From: Myxococcota bacterium
Lineage (GTDB): Bacteria; Myxococcota_A; UBA9160; UBA6930
DNA: 64,000 bases
Direction: 5' to 3'
Assembly: GCA_965223415.1 (NCBI GenBank)
Contig: OZ245002.1
Location: 1,888,001 to 1,952,000, forward strand
The notes under the pieces were generated by a model that worked only from the letters and a program-made list of their open reading frames with translations, did not search any database and was not told the DNA's origin. Shown one piece after another: positions 44,518-53,837 of this stretch; the stretch's first letter is position 1; every line of letters begins with the position of its first letter. Made by a program: the position numbers and the translations under genes.

Positions 44518-45072
44518 AGGCCGCTTCGCTCCTCGGTGCGCGATCGCGGGGCGGCGGGTGGGCCCCGCGCGGAATGGCTCGGCCGGGGCGCCGGGGCCGC
44601 GTTGGGGCTCGCATGGAGGGGTCGCCGCTCTCGGCTTCGCCGGCGGCGACCTGTGTGCACGGCGGATGGTGTGCCTGCCTGCGCTTGATTTCCGCGCGGG
44701 GCCCACCCGCCGCCCCGCGGTCGGCTCGGGGTTTCGCGCCCCGGGGAATCGTCGCCGCCGCTTTCGGTTGGGGGGTGGGGGCAGCTCGAACGTCGGCGCC
44801 GGCTCCACCCCTTCTCTTCTCGAGCTGCGGGACGGATCGGCGTCCGTCCCCCAGGAGCCGCGGTTCGCCGGCTCCGGGCGCAGGTCGGGCGGAAGTACAG
44901 CGCAGGCAGGCACGACGACCGCCGTGCGCTCAGGTTGCCGCCGGCCGAAGGCCGGAAGCGGCGACCCCTCCATGCGAGCCCCAACGCGGCCTCAGCGCCC
45001 CGGCCGAGCCATGGAGCCCGACCTGCGCCCGGAGCCGGCGGCTCGAAGCCCGCAGAAGAAGCGAAGCGGCCT
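44518..45072. repeat. Composite nested inverted-repeat element (MITE/REPIN-like or structured ncRNA pair)
   Basis: 13 bp terminal IR; two ~120 nt inverted homologous cores (44574-44694, 44889-45012), each closed by its own stem of 34 or 25 bp. Confidence 0.8.
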
Positions 45073-45622
45073 AAGCCCCCCGCTTCTTCTTCGCCCGGGC
45101 CTCCCGCTCCTGGATCTTCCCCCGCAGCTCCTTCCGCTTTGCTTCGAGACGGGGGGCCAGGCGTGCCTTGGCGGTGTCGGTCCAGAAGCGCTGCTCGGAG
45201 CCCTCGCGGAAAGCCTTGAACTTGCGGTAGCCCCAGAGCTCGTGCTCGAGATCCTCTTCGACGAACTTGATCATGATCGCGTCGTCGAGGAAGCCGACCA
45301 GCGGGACGTCGTCGGGGATCACGTCGCGCGGGTTGTCGAAGTAGGCGAGGGCGGCGACAGCACGGCTGACGACGCTCTTCGGCGCCTTGTACTGCAGGTC
45401 GTTCACCATCTGCATCAGGTCTTCGAGCGAGGTGATGGCGTCGCTCACGAAGGTCGGGACCTTCTTGGTCTCCCGCACCTCCCGGATCAGCTTCCGCACA
45501 CCCCGGGAGATCTTCGGCCAGTCCTCGGCATCGGCGTTGCGCTTGGCCGCCCGGTAGATGGACTCGAAGTAGGCGGTATCCGACTCGTCCAGGGTGAACG
45601 AGATCCTCATCTTCCGGGCCAT
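45071..45622 (-). CDS. YkvA/DUF1232 family protein
   Basis: AALAYFDNPRDVIPDDVPLVGFLDDA. Confidence 0.82.
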   Translation of the reverse strand: MARKMRISFTLDESDTAYFESIYRAAKRNADAEDWPKISRGVRKLIREVRETKKVPTFVSDAITSLEDLMQMVNDLQYKAPKSVVSRAVAALAYFDNPRDVIPDDVPLVGFLDDAIMIKFVEEDLEHELWGYRKFKAFREGSEQRFWTDTAKARLAPRLEAKRKELRGKIQEREARAKKKRGA

Positions 45623-45665
45623 GACGCCTCCTCGTGAACGGCCCCCCGGCCGGAGGGCGACTCTA

Positions 45666-47009
45666 TCAGTAACGCGCGTACTCGATCAACCGGGGAACGG
45701 ATCGGGCCCAGCTCCCCTCCCATCGCTCCAGGATCTCCTCCCCGGGGCTGCGACCCCGCTCGAGCTGGCTCCAGATCGGGTCCAGGTAGCCCCGCTCGTC
45801 CGCGTCGCGCCGCCCGGCGTGGCCGATCCGGCGCAGGCCTTCCGACGCGATGGCGACCAGCTCCCGGGCCAGGTCGAGGACGGGCTGGCCGTCGAGCTCG
45901 GCCCCCAGTCCGCACCGCGCCACCGCCTCCAGGCCGGCCAACCGCGCCTCGAAGGCGTGGTCCTCCACCAGCCGCCACGCGGCCTCGCGGGCACCGGCGT
46001 CGTACAGCAGGCCCTTCCAGAGCGCCGGAAGGGCGCAGATCAGGCCGGGCGGAACGGCGTCCGTGCCCCGCACCTCCAGCACGCGCTTCAGGCGGACCTC
46101 GGGGAAGAGGGTGGTGAGGTGGAGGCTCCAGTCGTCCAGGGTCGCCCGCTCTCCGTCGAGACCGCGCTCCAGGAACTCGCGGAAGGGGGTACCGCGGGCC
46201 GGCACGTAGCGGCCCTCCCGGACGATGAAGAAGAGCGGCACGTCGAGGGCCCAGTCGGTGTAGGCCTCGTAGCCGAAGTCGGCCTCGAACACGAAGGGCA
46301 GCAGCCCGCAGCGGTCCGGGTCCGTGTGGCGCCAGATGTCCACGCGTCGCGAGGCGTAGCCGGTGGCCTTGCCGGCCGCGACCGAGGAGTTGGCGAAGAT
46401 CGCGGACACGATCGGAGAGACACCGAGCGCGGTACGGAGCTTTCGCGCCATGTCCTCTTCGTTCTGGAAGTCCAGGTTGGCCTGGACCGTCGCGGTGAGG
46501 TGCATCATGTGGAGGGAGAGCTCGCCGCGGGTGGGCAGGTACTCGCGCATGATGCGATAGCGCGCCTTCGGCATGCGCGGGATGTCCGGCACGTCGTGGA
46601 GCGGGTTGATGCCGAGGGAAAGCCAGATCACGCCGCGCGGCCCGGAGACATTGCGCACCAGCTCCAGGTGGTCGTGGAACTCCGAGCAGGTCTCGTGGAT
46701 GGTGCGCAGCGGCGCGCCGGAGAGCTCGAGCTGTCCGCCGGGCTCGAGGGTGATGCTCGCCCCGTCCTTCTGGAGCGCGATCAGGTTGGGGCCTTCGAAG
46801 ATCCGCTCCCAGGCGTCCTCGCTCGCCATCGCCTCGAGGATGGCGCCGATACCCCGCTCGCCCTCGTAGGGCACCGGCTCGTAGCTCTCGGCGAGCAGGC
46901 CGATCTTCTCGTGCTCGGTGCCGACCTTCCACTCTTCGGGCGGCTTCTCCCCGCCTCGAATGAAGTCGACGAGCTGCTCGGTGGACTCGATCCGGGTCGT
47001 GTCGCTCAC
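45666..47009 (-). CDS. gshA: Glutamate-cysteine ligase (plant/alphaproteobacterial type)
   Basis: VGTEHEK, ITLEPGGQLELSG, MPKARY, TATVQANLD, HLTTLFPEVRLK. Confidence 0.92.
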   Translation of the reverse strand: MSDTTRIESTEQLVDFIRGGEKPPEEWKVGTEHEKIGLLAESYEPVPYEGERGIGAILEAMASEDAWERIFEGPNLIALQKDGASITLEPGGQLELSGAPLRTIHETCSEFHDHLELVRNVSGPRGVIWLSLGINPLHDVPDIPRMPKARYRIMREYLPTRGELSLHMMHLTATVQANLDFQNEEDMARKLRTALGVSPIVSAIFANSSVAAGKATGYASRRVDIWRHTDPDRCGLLPFVFEADFGYEAYTDWALDVPLFFIVREGRYVPARGTPFREFLERGLDGERATLDDWSLHLTTLFPEVRLKRVLEVRGTDAVPPGLICALPALWKGLLYDAGAREAAWRLVEDHAFEARLAGLEAVARCGLGAELDGQPVLDLARELVAIASEGLRRIGHAGRRDADERGYLDPIWSQLERGRSPGEEILERWEGSWARSVPRLIEYARY

Positions 47010-47626
47010 GGTACGGCCTCGGGGGCGGCTTCGTAGAGATCCGGGTGGAGCCAGGAGACGAGGGCGCAGAGAACGGCGTGGCGGGTGTACTCGGCACGTG
47101 TGAGCACGCCGGCGCTGAGCTTTCCGACGTTACCCGTGGAGAGGGCCGAGGGCTCCCGGATGGCGGGCTCGCGGTGACGCCGCCAGAAAGCGTCGAAGAC
47201 GCTGCCGATGTCCTCACCGCGCTCCACGGCGGGCGCCACGCAGGCCAGCGGATACGCGAAGCCCGAAGAGAGGCCCACGCTCGTGTGCTCCGCGCCGACC
47301 AGGGCGGCGCAGCCGACGTTGAGCCAGCCCGCGCCCGCAAGCTCGACCAGGCCGTCCTCGTAGCCGATGGCGAGATCGCAGGCGCCGCTCTCGCGAGCCG
47401 CCGCCGCGCGGTTGCGCGCCCCCCGCTGGATCTCGGCGAAGCCCCGGGGCTGCTCCGGAACCCCGCTCTCCACGGCGACGCCGACGGTCTCGACGTTCGG
47501 ACAGTAGGCGGCCAGGGCGAGACGTACGCCCTCGAGCTTCGGCGGGTTGGTCGAGCCGACGCGAACCCGCTGCACCCCGGCGAGGCGACCGGGAAAGGCG
47601 TCGTCGCGCCTGGCGGCGGCGCTCAC
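47006..47626 (-). CDS. Non-canonical purine NTPase (YjjX/DUF84)
   Basis: VGSTNPPK, VESGVPEQP, GARNRA, GYEDG, GVLTR. Confidence 0.8.
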   Translation of the reverse strand: MSAAARRDDAFPGRLAGVQRVRVGSTNPPKLEGVRLALAAYCPNVETVGVAVESGVPEQPRGFAEIQRGARNRAAAARESGACDLAIGYEDGLVELAGAGWLNVGCAALVGAEHTSVGLSSGFAYPLACVAPAVERGEDIGSVFDAFWRRHREPAIREPSALSTGNVGKLSAGVLTRAEYTRHAVLCALVSWLHPDLYEAAPEAVP

Positions 47627-48054
47627 GGCGTGGCGGCCTCCTCGAGGAAGCGCTCGAGGAAGGCGGCCACGGCCTCGTCGATCTCCGCCTCCGCGTCCCA
47701 GGGCAGGGATTGGCAGGGGCCCTCGACCTTGCCCGTGCGGAAGGGGCCGACGAGGGTGACCTGGCCGCGGCTCTTCACGATGAAGAGCGCCCGGTGGCGC
47801 CCGCGGGCGGCCTCGAACTCCACGGCCCGCACGTGCTTCTCGTCGGTTCGGACCGGACCGAGGCTCACGCGGAGGTGCGGCGCACCGGCGGCCTCCACCG
47901 CCTCGTCGAAGCCCGCGAGGCCGGCGGCCACCTTCGCGCGCAGGGCGTCGGCGCGGGTGCGGGCCTGGTCGACGCCCTCCCGATGCTCCTCTTCGCGCCG
48001 GGCCAGGGCCGTGCCCTTGGCGGCCAGGCGCTCGTGCAGGGACGGGGCGGACAT
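47623..48054 (-). CDS. Hypothetical protein
   Basis: Typical codon usage; stop overlaps the next start. Confidence 0.65.
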   Translation of the reverse strand: MSAPSLHERLAAKGTALARREEEHREGVDQARTRADALRAKVAAGLAGFDEAVEAAGAPHLRVSLGPVRTDEKHVRAVEFEAARGRHRALFIVKSRGQVTLVGPFRTGKVEGPCQSLPWDAEAEIDEAVAAFLERFLEEAATP

Positions 48055-48099
48055 GGCCGTATGCTGGCACAGACCGGGCGGAGCGGCCCGGGCGAGGCG

Positions 48100-49398
48100 C
48101 TACATGGCCTCGTTGGTCACCACCATCAGCGGCGCCGGGTCCAGCTCCTGCAGTAGCGCGTCCCGGGTCGCGTGGAAGCGCGGCATGTGCTCGGCCGGGA
48201 TCGGCTTGGCGGGCGGCGTCTGGATGCTCGACGGATTGACGTAGCGGCCGTTCTGCTTGAGCCGGAAGTCGAGATGCGGGCCCGTCGAGAGGCCGGTCGA
48301 GCCAACGTAGCCGATCACCTGCTTCTGCTGGACCTTCGCGCCCACCGGCAGGCTGGCGACGAAGCGCGAGAGGTGGCCGTAGAAGGAAACGTAGCCGTTG
48401 GCATGGCGCACCTTCACGAGCTTGCCGAAGCCGCCCTGGACGCCGCGGAAGATCACGGTGCCGGACGCCACGGACCAAACCGGCGTGCCGATGGGCGCTG
48501 CGTAGTCGATCCCCAGGTGGGGACGCCGGACCTTCAGGATCGGGTGGAGCCGGTTCGGCGAGTAGCGGGAGCTGATGCGGCGATACTTGAGCGGCGCGCG
48601 GAGGAACTGGCGCTCGACCGAGGAGCCGTCGGGGCGGTAGTAGCCCAGGAGCTCCTCTTCGCTGCCGAAGCCGATGGCATGGTAGTCGCCGGCGGCGTTG
48701 GAATAGCGGGCGGCGAGGATGCGGCCCGGGCCGATGTACACCTCGGCGCCCGTGTCGGTCTGCAGGAAGCGCCGCTCGTAGAGGATCGAGAACTCGTCGC
48801 CTCGCTGCACGCCGCGGGAGAAGTCGACGTCCCAGGCGAAGATGTCGGCGAAGTCGCTGGCCAGCTCGGTGGTCTCGCCGAGGGCGCCGACGGACTCGTA
48901 GAGGCTGCCGCTCACCGCGCCGGCGATGCGGCTGCGGCGGGTCTCGATATCGGGCTCGATGCGCTCCGCCACGAGCTCTTCGCCCTCGCTGTGGAGCACG
49001 TAGCGCTCGAGCACCGAGCGGTCGTAGCTGAAGCGGACGAGCTTGCCGTCCTCGTCCTGGACGAGGCGGAAGCGATCGCCCGGGCGGGCGTAGCGGAAGT
49101 TGAAGACGGGCAGCATGCCGGTATCGATGGCGTGGATGACCACCCAGTCGGTCTGGCTACGCCGCAGGGCGGCCGAGAGCGTCTCGCCGCGCTTCAGCTC
49201 GCCCTCGGTCAGGACGAGCCTGTGCGCGGGCGCCGCAGGCGGGTCGGCGCTCGGCGCCGCGGCGAGCGGGGCGACGGCCTCGGCCTTGGCGACCTCGGAC
49301 GCACCGTCCAGGTGCAGAAGGCCGATGATCAGCAGCAGACCGAATGCCGTCAGCAACGCCGCGACGATCTCGGGGCGGCGGTCCTGGCGTTGGCTCAT
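48100..49398 (-). CDS. M23 family peptidoglycan endopeptidase (MepM-like)
   Basis: N-terminal TM, HLGIDYAA, YGHL, STGPHLDF. Confidence 0.9.
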   Translation of the reverse strand: MSQRQDRRPEIVAALLTAFGLLLIIGLLHLDGASEVAKAEAVAPLAAAPSADPPAAPAHRLVLTEGELKRGETLSAALRRSQTDWVVIHAIDTGMLPVFNFRYARPGDRFRLVQDEDGKLVRFSYDRSVLERYVLHSEGEELVAERIEPDIETRRSRIAGAVSGSLYESVGALGETTELASDFADIFAWDVDFSRGVQRGDEFSILYERRFLQTDTGAEVYIGPGRILAARYSNAAGDYHAIGFGSEEELLGYYRPDGSSVERQFLRAPLKYRRISSRYSPNRLHPILKVRRPHLGIDYAAPIGTPVWSVASGTVIFRGVQGGFGKLVKVRHANGYVSFYGHLSRFVASLPVGAKVQQKQVIGYVGSTGLSTGPHLDFRLKQNGRYVNPSSIQTPPAKPIPAEHMPRFHATRDALLQELDPAPLMVVTNEAM

Positions 49399-49535
49399 CG
49401 CGTCTCCTGCTCCTCGTATCGGCGGCAGCGGCGGCGGGGCTTGTGACGCTCGGCCAGCCCCGGGTTCGTTCTTCCCGGGTTTCTCATCGACCGGCAGGCG
49501 CCCATGCTAGATAGTTCGTTTCCTCGGAAGTTCGT

Positions 49536-51035
49536 GTGCCCGCCATCACCTTTCATCACAAGGCCCGGAGGCGCCCCCGGAGCCGCCCCGCGGCCCAGGC
49601 CCGGGCGCTGACCCGGTCGATCTGGGTGGGGGGGATCCTCGTCGCCTGGCTCGGCTGCACGGGCCTCACCGGTCCGAACGGCCCGGAGGATGCCCCTGCC
49701 GAGCCGAAAGCGCGAGGGGGGCCCGTAGGGCTGCTTTCACGTGTTCTTCAGTTCGACACCACGAACCCCCCGGGGAACGAGGCGCCGCTGGCGCGGTTCC
49801 TGGCGGAGTGGGCCAGGGAGCGCGGCCTGGAGGCCGCGGTGATCGATCTATCGGACGCCCGGGCTCCCCTGGGGAGGGCGGCCTTCTGGGCGCGGGTCCC
49901 GGGCTCGGGCGAGGCCGGGGCAGTGGTGCTGCTCTCCCACCTGGACGTCGTGCCGGCGGATCCGGCGGCCTGGGACGAGGACCCGTTCGGTGGCGTGGTC
50001 AGGGACGGCGCGGTGATCGGCCGCGGGGCGCTGGACGCCAAGGGCGCGCTGGTGGTGCACCTGGCCGCCGCCGTGGAGCTGGCATCGCGCAGCGAGCGGC
50101 TCCGGCGCGACGTGATCGTGCTCTCGACCCCGGACGAAGAGGCGGGCGGCCGGGGCGGAGCGGCGCGGCTCCTGCGCGAGCGGCCCGAGCTGCTGGACGG
50201 CGCCGAGTACCTGCTCACCATCGGTGGCGGCATCACCGTGAGCCCGAGCGGAGGGCCGGGGCTCTGGGAGGTCGGTGTGGCGGAGAAGGTGCCGTGCTGG
50301 CTCGAGGTGCAGGCGCGAGGCGCGGCCGGCCACGGCGCGGCGGGATCTCGCGACTCGGCGGTGGATCGCCTGCTGGACGCCCTGGAACGGCTGCGGGCCC
50401 TACCTCGGCCGACCCGGGTGACGCCGGAGGTGGCCGCCATGTTCGCGGCCCTCGCGCCCCGGGCGGCCCCGGAGGATCGGGCCGGCTTCGCCGATCTCGC
50501 CCGCGCCCTCGAGAGCGACGCGGGCTTCCGTGCGCGCTTCCTCGCCGAGCCGGCGCGCGCGGCCCTGGTGCGGGACACCGTGACCGTGACGACGCTCCGG
50601 GGAAGCGACCGGATCAACGTCGTGCCGGGGCAGGCGGTCGCGGGGATCGACGCCCGGCTCCTGCCCGGCGCCAGCTGCCCCGCCTTCGCCGAGGCCGCCC
50701 GCCGTGCGATCGCCGACCCGGACGTACGGATCGACGTGCGCCTCACCCACCCGGGTCGCGCCTCCCCGCCCGCCACGCCGCTGATGGACGCGATCCGGCG
50801 CGTCGCCGCGCGCCTCGATCCGGGCGCCCTCGTCGTCCCCCGCGTCGGCGCGGGAACCAGCGACGCCCACTGGTTCCGCGGGCACGGCCTCACGGCCTAC
50901 GGCTTCGTCCCCCGCCGCCTCCGCCCCGTCGACACCCGCACCATCCACGGCCCCGGCGAGCGCATCACCCAAGCCAACCTCCACTTCGGCACCCGCACCC
51001 TCCTCACCCTCCTCGAAGAGCTCGACCGCCCCTAA
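49536..51035 (+). CDS. M20 family metallopeptidase (start uncertain)
   Basis: DTTNPPGNE, SHLDVVP, GRGALDAKG, DEEAGG, HGPGE. Confidence 0.82.
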   Translation: MPAITFHHKARRRPRSRPAAQARALTRSIWVGGILVAWLGCTGLTGPNGPEDAPAEPKARGGPVGLLSRVLQFDTTNPPGNEAPLARFLAEWARERGLEAAVIDLSDARAPLGRAAFWARVPGSGEAGAVVLLSHLDVVPADPAAWDEDPFGGVVRDGAVIGRGALDAKGALVVHLAAAVELASRSERLRRDVIVLSTPDEEAGGRGGAARLLRERPELLDGAEYLLTIGGGITVSPSGGPGLWEVGVAEKVPCWLEVQARGAAGHGAAGSRDSAVDRLLDALERLRALPRPTRVTPEVAAMFAALAPRAAPEDRAGFADLARALESDAGFRARFLAEPARAALVRDTVTVTTLRGSDRINVVPGQAVAGIDARLLPGASCPAFAEAARRAIADPDVRIDVRLTHPGRASPPATPLMDAIRRVAARLDPGALVVPRVGAGTSDAHWFRGHGLTAYGFVPRRLRPVDTRTIHGPGERITQANLHFGTRTLLTLLEELDRP

Positions 51036-52357
51036 CGCAACTCCTGGATGGCACGGTGGATGGTCTCGAAGAGGGGCTCGATGTCGGAGAGCTCGAGGCA
51101 GCTGAAGGCGATGCGGAGGTCCTTCGGGCCGGTGGCGACGAGGCCGGTGCCGTGGCTGTCGAGGAGGTGGAGGCGGAGGGTCTCGGCGTCGACGCCCTTC
51201 ACCTCGAGGCACATGAAGTAGCCGCTGTTGAAGGGGTAGACCTCCCAGCTCTCGCGGAAGCGCGGGGCGTAGGCGATCTCGTGCACGAGCTCGGCGCGGG
51301 CGCGCAGGATCTCGCACTTCTGCTGGCGCTCTTCGTCGATGGACGAGGAGGCGAGCGCCTGCTCGACCAGGGTCTGGGAGAGCATCGGGCTGTTGGAGAT
51401 GCCGCCGCGGATGGCGCCGCGGGTCTTCGCGTCCAGGGCGCCGCACACGGCCTCGGCCGTGTCGGCGCGCCCGGGCCCGTAGGTGAGGAAGCCGCAGCGC
51501 AGCCCCCATACGAAGAGCTCCTTCGTCGCCCCGTCGAGGCGGATCGCCAGCAGGTTCGGGTGCGCCCCCACCAGGCGCCCGAAGAGCGACTCCTCCATCG
51601 ACGCGCCGCCCAGGTGGTAGAAGAGCCCGAAGTAGGCGTCGTCCAGCACCACCACGAGCTTCGTGCCGCGCTCGGCCTGGGCGACGAGGGCGGCGCGGAT
51701 CGCGGCGCCTTCGGCCTCGGTCGGCATGTAGCCGGTGGGGTTGTTCGGGAAGTTCAGGAGCACGACGAGCTTCTCGCGGCCGTCGGCCTCGCGGGCGAGC
51801 GCCTCCTCGAAGCCGGCGGTGTTGAAGCCCCGGCCCGCGTAGAACGGATAGGTGGCGATCTCGGCGCCCAGCCGCACCTCGTAGCCCAGGCGGTAGTTGC
51901 CCCACAGCTTGTCCGGCAGGAGGATCCGATCGCCCTCGCCGATGAACAGGTCCCCGACCAGCGTGAGGCCGTGGGTGAGCGCGCTCGTCACGATCGGCAG
52001 TCCGAACTGCTTGTCGCGCAGGCTCGGGTTCTCGGCGAGCTGCTTGTCGCGCCAGCGGCGGCGCAGCTCCGGCCGACCGCCGCCGCCCGCGTAGGGGTAG
52101 GCGTCGTCGGGTGCGACGTCGCGCAGATGCCGGTGCACCGACGCCAAGTGCATGGCCTCGCCGTCCTCGGTGGCGATGCCGATCGTCGCGTTGAAGCGAT
52201 GGCCCTTGGCCTTCGCCTCCGCCGACTGGCTCAGGATGCCCTTCGGGAAGTAGAGGCGGCGCCCCAGCGGCGAGAGCATCGCCAGCACCTCGGGCGCGGT
52301 CTCCTCGAGGGCCGCGTTCAGCTCACGGGCGAGCGGATTCAGGGGGGAAGACGGCAT
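51032..52357 (-). CDS. Class I/II PLP-dependent aminotransferase
   Basis: NATIG, NFPNNPTGY, DDAY, DGATKE..WGLR. Confidence 0.88.
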   Translation of the reverse strand: MPSSPLNPLARELNAALEETAPEVLAMLSPLGRRLYFPKGILSQSAEAKAKGHRFNATIGIATEDGEAMHLASVHRHLRDVAPDDAYPYAGGGGRPELRRRWRDKQLAENPSLRDKQFGLPIVTSALTHGLTLVGDLFIGEGDRILLPDKLWGNYRLGYEVRLGAEIATYPFYAGRGFNTAGFEEALAREADGREKLVVLLNFPNNPTGYMPTEAEGAAIRAALVAQAERGTKLVVVLDDAYFGLFYHLGGASMEESLFGRLVGAHPNLLAIRLDGATKELFVWGLRCGFLTYGPGRADTAEAVCGALDAKTRGAIRGGISNSPMLSQTLVEQALASSSIDEERQQKCEILRARAELVHEIAYAPRFRESWEVYPFNSGYFMCLEVKGVDAETLRLHLLDSHGTGLVATGPKDLRIAFSCLELSDIEPLFETIHRAIQELR

Positions 52358-52387
52358 GGCTCTCCTCGGCGCCGGAACGGTACCGAC

Positions 52388-52849
52388 TCAGAGCCGGCGT
52401 TCCAGCACGTCCATGGCCGGCGAGAAGCCGAGGGCCGCCCAGAAGGCCCGGCCCTCCGGATTGTCCCGGGCCACCTCGAGCTCCACCCGGGCGGCGCCCG
52501 CCTCCCGCAGCCAAACGAAGGCCGCATCGACCAGGGCGTGGCCGAGCCCGCCGCGCCGGGCCGCCGGATCGACGTAGAGATGCTCGACGTGCCCGCGCAG
52601 GGTCTCGGCGAAGAAGGCGGAGCGCCGGGCCACGGCGACGCTGACCAGGCCGACGAGACGATCCCCCTCCTCCGCCACGAAGACGCGGCCGTCGGCGTGC
52701 TCGAGATACGGCGCCAGCAGGGCCGCGGGCGAGCCCCCGTCCGCGGCGGCCACGTAGCGGGGGTGGGCGCCGTGGTGCGCCAGCAGGCCCGCCAGCAGCT
52801 CGGCCAGGGCGTCGCGATCCTCCGGCCGGGCCCGGCGGACCCAGCTCAC
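52388..52849 (-). CDS. GNAT family acetyltransferase
   Basis: LYVDPAARRGGLG, N..GRAFWAALGF. Confidence 0.85.
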   Translation of the reverse strand: MSWVRRARPEDRDALAELLAGLLAHHGAHPRYVAAADGGSPAALLAPYLEHADGRVFVAEEGDRLVGLVSVAVARRSAFFAETLRGHVEHLYVDPAARRGGLGHALVDAAFVWLREAGAARVELEVARDNPEGRAFWAALGFSPAMDVLERRL

Positions 52850-53835
52850 GGCTCGAGCGTGCCTTTCCGCAGCATGTCCTGCAGGTCCGAGACCGACTTC
52901 CCGTCCTCGACGAACAGCCGCTCCATCTTCACGGCCAGGTTCGTGAGGATCGTCCGGTAGGCCGTGCGCTCGTCGTTGCTCCCCAGGGCCTCGTAGAGGC
53001 GCTGCTCGAAGGCCGCGCGGAGCTCCAGGCGTTCGTCCCGGGTGATGGAGCCGTCGTCGACCTTGGAGCGATACCACCCCTCGTCGTGATCGCCGGAAAG
53101 CTCGCTCAGGTGCCCCGCCAGGACGCGGGTCAGCGATTGGCCCTCTTCGGCGCGATCCTGCAGCGTCTTGCCCCCGCTGCCGACCGACTTCGCCTCGCCC
53201 GAGCGCATCAGACGGAAGGTCCCGTAGCGGGTCCCGGCGTCGCGCTCGAAGCGGCCGGTGATGACGTCGCCGTCGATCGCCTCGGCCGCGTAGAGCGTGC
53301 GCCCCTCCATCGACTCGGTCGACGCGCTCCCCATCACGTCGTCACGGGTGAAGGTCGGGAGATCGCCGTCGAACTCGATGGTCCAGGTCTCCTCGAAGGT
53401 GATCACGCTGGCGGATTGGTAGCCGCGCCGTCGCTTCGCCGAGGTCCAGCCCTGGGTGGCCGAGCCCTTGAGGCTCTTGGTGCGCGAGCCGCGCTGGTTG
53501 ATGGCCAGGCCCTCGCGGATCTCCCGGCGCTGGCTGCCGTTCGGCTCCCAGTGGTGGAGCACCCGGGCGTTGCGTCCGCCGCTGCTGTCGAAACGGCCGG
53601 ACTTGTCTTCGAACACGACGATCGGGTAGTCGACCCAGACGAGCCGCGAGCCCTCCAGCTTGAACTCCCAGATCCGGTCCTCCCAGCGCTCGGTGTCCGG
53701 GTTGTTCGTACCCTTGTCCTTGTAGTGGACGAGCAGGTGCCACGTACCGACCAGGTCCGGCGGCGCCGCTGCGGCAGGTGCGGCGAGCGCCAGCAGGAAG
53801 ACGGCGACGACTCCGACGCGAAGTGTGACGAGCAC
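52846..53835 (-). CDS. Hypothetical secreted protein
   Basis: Signal peptide ..LAAPAAAA; DLVGTW; typical codon usage. Confidence 0.7.
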   Translation of the reverse strand: MLVTLRVGVVAVFLLALAAPAAAAPPDLVGTWHLLVHYKDKGTNNPDTERWEDRIWEFKLEGSRLVWVDYPIVVFEDKSGRFDSSGGRNARVLHHWEPNGSQRREIREGLAINQRGSRTKSLKGSATQGWTSAKRRRGYQSASVITFEETWTIEFDGDLPTFTRDDVMGSASTESMEGRTLYAAEAIDGDVITGRFERDAGTRYGTFRLMRSGEAKSVGSGGKTLQDRAEEGQSLTRVLAGHLSELSGDHDEGWYRSKVDDGSITRDERLELRAAFEQRLYEALGSNDERTAYRTILTNLAVKMERLFVEDGKSVSDLQDMLRKGTLEP

Positions 53836-53837
53836 GA

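Noticed and set aside
41640..44984. 1114 aa ORF as listed in the track
   Set aside because: The upstream half overlaps the receiver-PAS gene in another frame; the real gene probably starts at TTG 43349
44518..45072. Retron msr/msd, CRISPR array or known riboswitch/ribozyme
   Set aside because: No reverse transcriptase or cas gene in the window, no direct repeat-spacer periodicity, and no hammerhead, cobalamin or c-di-GMP consensus recognised
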